DNA from: Bdellovibrionota bacterium
GTDB taxonomy: Bacteria > Bdellovibrionota > Bdellovibrionia > Bdellovibrionales > JAEYZS01
NCBI GenBank assembly: GCA_963169515.1
Contig: CAUJEF010000140.1
Span: forward strand, 96-64,095
Length of the DNA: 64,000 nucleotides
Reading direction: 5' to 3'
In this document: piece after piece, positions 57,997 through 64,000 of the stretch
Layout: the number at the start of each line of letters is the position of its first letter
Numbering within the stretch: the first letter of the stretch is position 1
Position numbers and translations under genes: made by a program
The notes under the pieces: generated by a model
Told to the model about the DNA's origin: nothing
Databases searched by the model: none
The model's input: the letters and a program-made list of their open reading frames with translations, nothing else

Positions 57997-60022
57997 GGCC
58001 TATTGTATACCTCTTATATTCTGAAGAGTCAGTGTTTGATTTGTTCAACATATAGGTCGATATAAACGATAAATCTAACCATTCTGTAATTGGCTTTCCA
58101 ATATTGATCACAAGATTATAATTGTTGTTTACGGTGCCGATCTCAGAATAGTCCAAATAGTAATAGTAAATTCCACCCGCAAAAGTTGTATCCCACCATT
58201 TTAATGGAACAGTATACAAGGCGCTTAAATCAAAGCGGGAGGACTTAAAGGAGTCACCTTTTGCATGCGCCATCCCATAGCCGACTTCTGTGATTACACC
58301 TTTTTTATTTTCTGAATCAAAATAATAAATATTTCCAAGAGATAATGTCCAGCGAATAGCATCCTGATCTGAACTCACGTCTGACTTATCGTACCGAGTC
58401 TTCAATGCTGGCGTCATATACCAATTCTTTTTCATTACAATTGAGTTTGAAAAATCGAGAGCATATCCAGTCAAATATTTTTCTGGTGATCCGGAATCGT
58501 CCTGTCCCACATAAAGAAACTCATAGGCAGGTTTAATTTCTAACTTCGAAGGTTTTCTGAAGGTCTTACCATTGATTGTGTAGGGAGCTGATAAATTCAT
58601 AACGAACGGATCTGTGTCCGCTAAGGCATCGTCCATTGTGAAAACATAGTCCGTGCGAATCTTTAAACCCCATTCTTTCTTTTTTTCGTAGAGGGGGCGC
58701 CACATTAAACCCAAACCGGACATCAGACGACCCGATCCAATCGAAGTTGCGACCCCTTGATCTAATGTCGAATCGCTGATCTGAGTAATATTTGAATCAT
58801 ATTGAGTTCCAAATGTAGCAGAAAAAATAAATTTCTTTTCTTTGTATCTTGCAAACTCCAAAATTTGATCAATCTCATCCATTTTACTCTCAGCTCTATT
58901 ATCAAGTTGTGGATCTTCCGATGTATCTAGGACCTCTTGAAAATCTGATTTCGCTTCTTCGTATTTTTTAAGATCAATTTTAATTAAACCACAATAAAAC
59001 GAGGAGATTGGCCCTAATTTTTTATCTTTGGTTGCGACAACTTCACGAAATCTTTTGTCTGCATCATCGAGCTCTTGAGATTTATAGTAGGACAACGCCA
59101 AATAGTAGAGGCGTTCGGCCTCAAAGACACTTTTGCCTTTTGCTAATTGCAGGGCTATGATTGCTTCGTTATATTTGTTATTTCGATACAAGGTAATTCC
59201 ATATTGAAAATAATACGCAAGATTATTTGGATCTAGCTCGAAGCTCTTTCTAAACATTCCCTCAGATTCTTGATATTTTCCAACCCGGTACATATCAAGA
59301 GCGGATTCTGCAAATTCGATCGCCAACAATTGTCGCTTCCGATTGTCTTCCTCTGCGCGCTGGCTTTGCTCACGCTTTAATTTATCTATTCGTTGCTTTT
59401 CGGCTTCTTCTTCACGCAATCGATCAATACGTTTTTTTTCGATTTCGAGCGCAAGCCTTTCTTGTTCCTCTGCAAACTTTTTCAAATCCGTTGAGTCAAA
59501 CAACGCCTTTGCAGCCTTGCCCGCCGTAAGTTGCGATACCGTCTGTTTTGAAGCGCGAGCCTCTCGCAATACCTTGAGAGCCTGTGCCGCTTGCTCTTTT
59601 GTATCAAATACCTCAAGTACTTGTGCTCCGAATTCATTTCTTCGAACGACAATCGGCTTTCGCTTAATAGCTCCGCTATCAATCTGTGCCTTAATTTGAG
59701 TGAGTTCTTTCAAAGTAATGTCTTGGTTGTTTGGAAGAATGTAGACTTCAGGAATAACGTCTTCGTTTTCGCCCCAGTTAACTGAATAATTCCCAGAAAA
59801 AATTCCAGAATCTGGAGCGGTTTCTTCAATTTGAAATTGCAGAACCTTTCCGGAAACAGAGTCCTTTACGATGACAGATCCTGAATCAATAGCCGCACTG
59901 TCTTTATTCCAAACAGAAATAGCATACTTCACTTCGATTACTTTTGAAGTATCAACTTGCGCCCGCTTTGCCCAAGATGGCGCACAAAATGCAAGCACGA
60001 TAAAAAGACCCAATCGCTGCAT
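57968..60022 (-). CDS. Outer-membrane protein: signal peptide, charged coiled coil, TPR repeats, C-terminal beta-barrel; last gene of the pil operon
   Basis: 684 aa. Signal peptide MQRLGLFIVLAFCAPSWA. Coiled coil EEQERLALEIEKKRIDRLREEEAEKQRIDKLKREQ. TPR-like YRVGKYQESEGMFRKSFELDPNN...YNEAIIALQLA. ~290 aa of amphipathic strands ending ...IGLILNVENVF. The start lies 3 nt after the pilQ stop. Confidence 0.7.
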   Translation of the reverse strand: MQRLGLFIVLAFCAPSWAKRAQVDTSKVIEVKYAISVWNKDSAAIDSGSVIVKDSVSGKVLQFQIEETAPDSGIFSGNYSVNWGENEDVIPEVYILPNNQDITLKELTQIKAQIDSGAIKRKPIVVRRNEFGAQVLEVFDTKEQAAQALKVLREARASKQTVSQLTAGKAAKALFDSTDLKKFAEEQERLALEIEKKRIDRLREEEAEKQRIDKLKREQSQRAEEDNRKRQLLAIEFAESALDMYRVGKYQESEGMFRKSFELDPNNLAYYFQYGITLYRNNKYNEAIIALQLAKGKSVFEAERLYYLALSYYKSQELDDADKRFREVVATKDKKLGPISSFYCGLIKIDLKKYEEAKSDFQEVLDTSEDPQLDNRAESKMDEIDQILEFARYKEKKFIFSATFGTQYDSNITQISDSTLDQGVATSIGSGRLMSGLGLMWRPLYEKKKEWGLKIRTDYVFTMDDALADTDPFVMNLSAPYTINGKTFRKPSKLEIKPAYEFLYVGQDDSGSPEKYLTGYALDFSNSIVMKKNWYMTPALKTRYDKSDVSSDQDAIRWTLSLGNIYYFDSENKKGVITEVGYGMAHAKGDSFKSSRFDLSALYTVPLKWWDTTFAGGIYYYYLDYSEIGTVNNNYNLVINIGKPITEWLDLSFISTYMLNKSNTDSSEYKRYTIGLILNVENVF

Positions 60023-60025
60023 AGG

Positions 60026-62083
60026 CTATATTTGTTCCTTATTGTCCGTCCCCGCGGACTCACCAAAAGCTTTTTCTTTATTTAAGATTTTAGGAGTAAT
60101 GAAAATGAGAAGCTCGTTCTTATTTTCGGTATATGTGTTAGATCCAAATAATCCGCCAAGCAAGGGGATCTTTCTTAAGATAGGGATTCCACCATGGCCT
60201 TCCGATTTGTCAGTCGAATAAATTCCGCCGATAACTGTAGTATCACCACTTTGAACAAGAACTGTCGAGCTTGCGTTTCGAGAAAACACAGGAAACGCGC
60301 CTGTGTCGTTTGTAGTAACCACAGCCCCTGGAAACTCACGAGCCAATTCCATTTTCATAATAACCCCGCCTACCGCCGTTATTTGAGGCGTTACGCTTAG
60401 TGATAGTTTTAAAGGTTTGAAGGTCACTGTCGATGTTATTTGCCCTGTAGTTGGATTTGTCGTTGAACTGAATAGTGGTCTTTGTTCTGTTTGGTCAATC
60501 GTTGCTGCGACATTATTCAAGGTAACAACTCGCGGAGCAGAGAGAATTTTTACTTTATTTTCTGTACTCAACAGCTGGAGCGCCGCTGTCAAACCCGCAG
60601 TCGCCAATCGATCAATATGCCCTGTAATCAAATTTTGAGTTAAAGTTGCGTCCCCCTTAGCGCTCCAGCTAATGCCAAATCGGTTATCCAGGTCTTCTCG
60701 AGCTTCTATTATTTTTGCCTCAATCAGCACTTGTGGTGTTTGGGTATCAAGCCGTTTGATAAGCTTATCCACCTTGACCAGCACTTCATTGATATCTGTA
60801 ACCACTAAGGAATTGGTTCGTGTATCTGATTTTACTTTCCCACGGGCAGAAAGAAAGTTGGTGACTTGTCCAGACATTTCGTCCGCTTTGGCATAGCTAA
60901 CATTAAAAATTCTTACTTTTAATGGTTCCAACTGTTTTTGAGAATCTAACAGGCGCTTCGCTTCTTCGGATTCCGCACGAATTTCAGCGAGCGTGGCTAC
61001 CCTAAGAATGTTTCCCTGGCGAACATAACCCAGTTGATTAGACTGAAGCATAATCACAAGGGCCTGATCCCACGGAATTCTACGCAATTTTAAATTTACG
61101 ACCCCCTTTACAGCCGGTGAGATCACAAGGTTCAAACCACTTTCTTCCGAAATCAAATTTAAGACATCGCGGATATCGCCATTTTTTACTTCGATATCGA
61201 TTTTTCTACCGTAGAATTGAGCATCGCCAGTCAAAAATTCGTCTAGCGTCTTTGAAGACAGAGCTTTGTCATCGTCAACTGGTTCTTCCGAAGGCTCTGA
61301 CGCTTTTACACTTTGAACTGATCCGTCTTCGCCCACAGCAGGTTCATTTGCCACAACGGCGTCTGCACGCCCTGGCATAATTAATAAAGAATTCCCCTCT
61401 TGAACCACCGACATAGCCGTTGAATTTTTTAATTGAACAACAATTTTTGCATCTAAGCTTCCCTGCGGTTGATAGGCTTGAAACATACCTACAGGGCCAG
61501 AAAATTCTTTGGTATTAAACGGCTTTTTAAAACGCTCAGGCAGCCTTGCATTCTTTACTTCCACCACATACTGATTATTTTTTTGGTTTTCTTTAATCGT
61601 ATATTGTGCAGGACCACTCGTCTGAATAACAATTGTTCCTCCGTTTTCATTGGATTTAAAATCAATTCCAGTTACAACAACTTCCTGTTCGTATCCACTG
61701 GCGCTCGATTCGTCGGCTACCTCTGGAGCAGGTGGCGCCTCAGCCATATTCATATCGGACGTATTCGCATCAGGCATTGGGGCACTGTCTGATGTAACAT
61801 CAGATTCCGCTCCACTTTCCACGAATTCTTCTTTTGTTAAATCTTCTTCGTTTGTATCATCTGCAGGCGGTTCTGCCGCAGCAGTTTCTTCAGAATCAAG
61901 TTCGTCAGCATCAGCCAAATCCTCGGATTCAGATGCATCTAAGTCGCTTTCACTAGAATCCGCGCTTTGGGCTTCGACCTCGCTTGAAAATTGATCGCCC
62001 GTTTCTTCTTCATTTGTAGTCGAAGAGCATCCGACAAAAAACAACAACGAAAAGAGTAAAAAGTATATTTTAAGCAGTCTCAT
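60026..62083 (-). CDS. pilQ: Type IV pilus secretin PilQ (lipobox signal peptide, acidic linker, one AMIN domain, secretin domain)
   Basis: 685 aa. N-terminus MRLLKIYFLLFSLLFFVGC. AMIN-like VVVTGIDFKSNENGGTIVIQTSG...YVVEVKNARL. Secretin C-terminus ...TTVIGGIYSTDKSEGHGGIPILRKIPLLGGLFGS...NELLIFITPKIL. Confidence 0.9.
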   Translation of the reverse strand: MRLLKIYFLLFSLLFFVGCSSTTNEEETGDQFSSEVEAQSADSSESDLDASESEDLADADELDSEETAAAEPPADDTNEEDLTKEEFVESGAESDVTSDSAPMPDANTSDMNMAEAPPAPEVADESSASGYEQEVVVTGIDFKSNENGGTIVIQTSGPAQYTIKENQKNNQYVVEVKNARLPERFKKPFNTKEFSGPVGMFQAYQPQGSLDAKIVVQLKNSTAMSVVQEGNSLLIMPGRADAVVANEPAVGEDGSVQSVKASEPSEEPVDDDKALSSKTLDEFLTGDAQFYGRKIDIEVKNGDIRDVLNLISEESGLNLVISPAVKGVVNLKLRRIPWDQALVIMLQSNQLGYVRQGNILRVATLAEIRAESEEAKRLLDSQKQLEPLKVRIFNVSYAKADEMSGQVTNFLSARGKVKSDTRTNSLVVTDINEVLVKVDKLIKRLDTQTPQVLIEAKIIEAREDLDNRFGISWSAKGDATLTQNLITGHIDRLATAGLTAALQLLSTENKVKILSAPRVVTLNNVAATIDQTEQRPLFSSTTNPTTGQITSTVTFKPLKLSLSVTPQITAVGGVIMKMELAREFPGAVVTTNDTGAFPVFSRNASSTVLVQSGDTTVIGGIYSTDKSEGHGGIPILRKIPLLGGLFGSNTYTENKNELLIFITPKILNKEKAFGESAGTDNKEQI

Positions 62084-62096
62084 CGTCGAAACCTTC

Positions 62097-62633
62097 CTAG
62101 TTTTTCTTAAATAATAATAATTTGGTCAAATAAGCTTTATTGCCACCGGTATCCATATGTTCTTCGACTACAACAATTTCGCCTTCTCTAATTTTAGCAA
62201 CATATCCGTTACTATTGCCAATCCTATCGTTTTCTAAAACGACATAGCTTGTCCCCGCGGGATCTAAAATCAAGGCTTTGGGATGGGAGGTGTTCCAAAT
62301 AATTCCAATAATTTTGAGCTGCTCCAGGGCAAACCTTTGGAGGGGATGAGTAATTGAAACAGGACCAAGGTTAATATGGGGCTGATAAGGCGAAAACGGA
62401 TCTCTTCGATCTTCAGAGAGATAAACTACCTCTTCATAAAACCCATCGAGAATATCGCTCTTGTAACCCAGCGCTGTTTTAGCTTTTGGAGGTTCTTCTG
62501 AAATAATGGGTGATGCCGTGGGCACACTTGGGGGCGGGGGTATCCCTTGCGCTGGCGGGGCGGCCCCTTGAGAAAACCCATTTGAAACCCACACAACACT
62601 CAAAATTAAAATGGCGCAAAAAATTTTCTTCAT
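62097..62633 (-). CDS. pilP: Type IV pilus assembly protein PilP
   Basis: 178 aa. Signal peptide, Pro-rich linker, then a PilP beta-domain: RRDPFSPY...LKIIGIIWNTSHPKALILDPAGTSYVVLENDRIG...VAKIREGEIVV. Operon position. Confidence 0.8.
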   Translation of the reverse strand: MKKIFCAILILSVVWVSNGFSQGAAPPAQGIPPPPSVPTASPIISEEPPKAKTALGYKSDILDGFYEEVVYLSEDRRDPFSPYQPHINLGPVSITHPLQRFALEQLKIIGIIWNTSHPKALILDPAGTSYVVLENDRIGNSNGYVAKIREGEIVVVEEHMDTGGNKAYLTKLLLFKKN

Positions 62634-63238
62634 CCGCCCCCCGGCTTAGGAGGAATAATTCCGCCAACTTTTTTGCTGTACGCAAACGCTGAGATAGAAG
62701 CTCTCGCCAAAAGAAGGGCCTTCCCATCTGCAGAAACTTTCTTATCAAATGAAATATCTTGCACGTGCAAGATATTTTTTGCTTTTGTAAGTTCATAAAA
62801 GAAACTTGCAATCCGTGTAAAATCACCTTCAATTTCAAGATCGTAGGGTACGGCAGTGTAATAGGCTCCCCCCTTGGCTGGAGTACCCCCAGGTTTTAGA
62901 ACAGGAAGTCTTACATTAGTTGCTTTTGCTTTTTCAGAAAGAAGTTCTATGATTTCTCGCTGGCTGTGAAGGGCTGGAATAAGTTCAATGGCGGTCTCTA
63001 AAACCTGCTTCGTGTCTGCGATATCCTGCTCGTATTGGGGCCGAGCTTGACTGAGGCTCTGACCCTTTTTCAGCTTCTCTTGAATCTCGGTAACTTGAAC
63101 CTGCTTCTGATCCAATCGTTCTTTCGCTTCCGCGTGGGATGACAACTTCATAAAATGAATTAAACCACCAACAACTATCCCCGCGACAACAAAGTGTCCG
63201 ACTGTAAACGCTGAAAGACGCGCTAAAAGCGGATTCAT
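62630..63238 (-). CDS. pilO: Type IV pilus assembly protein PilO
   Basis: 202 aa. Single N-terminal TM helix, coiled coil, C-terminal ferredoxin-like region. ATGA-type overlaps with pilN and pilP. Confidence 0.78.
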   Translation of the reverse strand: MNPLLARLSAFTVGHFVVAGIVVGGLIHFMKLSSHAEAKERLDQKQVQVTEIQEKLKKGQSLSQARPQYEQDIADTKQVLETAIELIPALHSQREIIELLSEKAKATNVRLPVLKPGGTPAKGGAYYTAVPYDLEIEGDFTRIASFFYELTKAKNILHVQDISFDKKVSADGKALLLARASISAFAYSKKVGGIIPPKPGGG

Positions 63239-63840
63239 AGGTTCTCCAATTTGAAAGAGAGCTTGAATAATTTAACCATTTCTCCGTTTTCCGCCTTGGC
63301 TTCGCGCGAATCGATCCAACTGATATCCTTAAAATAAAGACTGCGATCTAATTCTTCGATAAAAGATGATATGGCGATATCTTCTGTCGCATTCCCGGTC
63401 AAATTAACGCCATTACCTTTTATGTCTAAATTCGAAATCCACGCTTTTTGCGGCAAGATCGTTTGAATCGTATCCAGTATTTTGATCATTCTGTACCGAC
63501 CCAAAGAAAGCCCTTTTATTTCATCCACTTCTTTTTGAATTGTCTCTTTATCCGCCTTATACTTTGCAATTTGGTTTAGCTCTGGTTGAAGCGCTGTCGC
63601 CTGTGCTTCTATTTGTTGTCGAGTTGCCTCCAGGTTATTGATTTGGCCCTCGACTTTACTAAGCTCTATGTAGTTATAAATATAAACAGCCATCACAGGT
63701 ACTAAGAACCCAGCAATTTTTTGGGTAAATCCCGAAGGAAGACCACGGCGAAAGTTTGTTGCTGTGTTGCCTGTGGCACTGGTTGCCCCTATATTTGTAT
63801 AAGTTTTTTCTTGCTGTCGAAGCAGATTGACCCTAATCAT
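63235..63840 (-). CDS. pilN: Type IV pilus assembly protein PilN
   Basis: 201 aa. MIRVNLL start motif typical of PilN, TM helix AGFLVPVMAVYIYNYI, coiled coil. Confidence 0.82.
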   Translation of the reverse strand: MIRVNLLRQQEKTYTNIGATSATGNTATNFRRGLPSGFTQKIAGFLVPVMAVYIYNYIELSKVEGQINNLEATRQQIEAQATALQPELNQIAKYKADKETIQKEVDEIKGLSLGRYRMIKILDTIQTILPQKAWISNLDIKGNGVNLTGNATEDIAISSFIEELDRSLYFKDISWIDSREAKAENGEMVKLFKLSFKLENL

Positions 63841-64000
63841 CGATCCCCCACTTCACGTAAGCCTAATCCGATTGAAACGGCACACAGCGGAGCTATTTGC
63901 GTAATGTATTCATGAGTAAACTTTTTCCTGTCGATTTCTATGCCCATCAATGGATTAAAAAACTCTACCGGAATTTGTGTCACGTTGTGAATATGGCTCT
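63837..64000 (-). CDS. pilM: Type IV pilus assembly ATPase-fold protein PilM, 3' end only (5' part lies outside the window)
   Basis: My translation of the minus strand gives ...SHIHNVTQIPVEFFNPLMGIEIDRKKFTHEYITQIAPLCAVSIGLGLREVGDR*. The stop overlaps the pilN ATG (ATGA). Confidence 0.75.
   Translation of the reverse strand, partial: SHIHNVTQIPVEFFNPLMGIEIDRKKFTHEYITQIAPLCAVSIGLGLREVGDR

Noticed and set aside
61650-61994. 114-aa plus-strand ORF (Ser/Ala-rich) inside pilQ
   Set aside because: It is the antisense of the acidic low-complexity linker of PilQ, a compositional artefact.
62479-62838. 119-aa minus-strand ORF overlapping pilP and pilO in another frame
   Set aside because: It overlaps two well-supported pil genes and shows no independent signals.
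1-64000. CRISPR arrays, IS elements or transposases, rRNA genes, toxin-antitoxin or known defence-system signatures
   Set aside because: I scanned the ORF track and intergenic regions and found none. There are no regularly spaced direct repeats, no DDE/HUH/serine-recombinase ORFs, no nuclease/helicase/ATPase clusters of defence type, and no rRNA-like sequence.

Overview
The window is almost entirely core housekeeping genome, mostly on the minus strand.

Gene order, reading the minus strand from 64 kb down to 10 kb:
- pilM(partial)-pilN-pilO-pilP-pilQ plus a coupled TPR/beta-barrel gene.
- On the plus strand: gmhB, a Xer-type recombinase and a Lys-rich/acidic protein. On the minus strand: a receiver-less sigma-54 activator, an alpha/beta hydrolase and an orphan flagellin.
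- ribE-ribBA-ribH, a 74-aa ORF, an NtrY/NtrX-like two-component pair, then proS-pyrF-rlmB.
- tRNA(Thr-Tyr-Gly-Thr)-tuf-tRNA(Trp)-secE-nusG-rplKAJL-rpoBC-rpsLG, then two inserted envelope genes, then fusA and the S10/spc/alpha ribosomal clusters.
- A TlpA-like thiol-disulfide oxidoreductase follows rplQ.

The first ~10 kb holds envelope genes (GT2, galE) and an accessory surface/signalling block. That block contains a PA14-FN3 lipoprotein, a three-gene phosphorelay and a glycine-rich protein with a C-terminal sorting-type tail.

I see no CRISPR array, transposase, prophage or recognisable defence or toxin system. I cannot claim a clear novel system. The items most worth follow-up are:
- a TPR + beta-barrel protein translationally coupled to a lipobox-bearing PilQ;
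- the absence of rplX (L24) between rplN and rplE, in a cluster that also lacks rpsD, infA and map;
- a methyltransferase and a GT9 glycosyltransferase wedged between rpsG and fusA;
- the phosphorelay operon ending in the Gly-rich anchored protein;
- a histone-H1-like Lys-rich protein with a long acidic tail.

Gene content suggests a Bdellovibrio-like (Bdellovibrionota) organism, but that is a guess. All family assignments come from reading motifs by eye; no searches were run.
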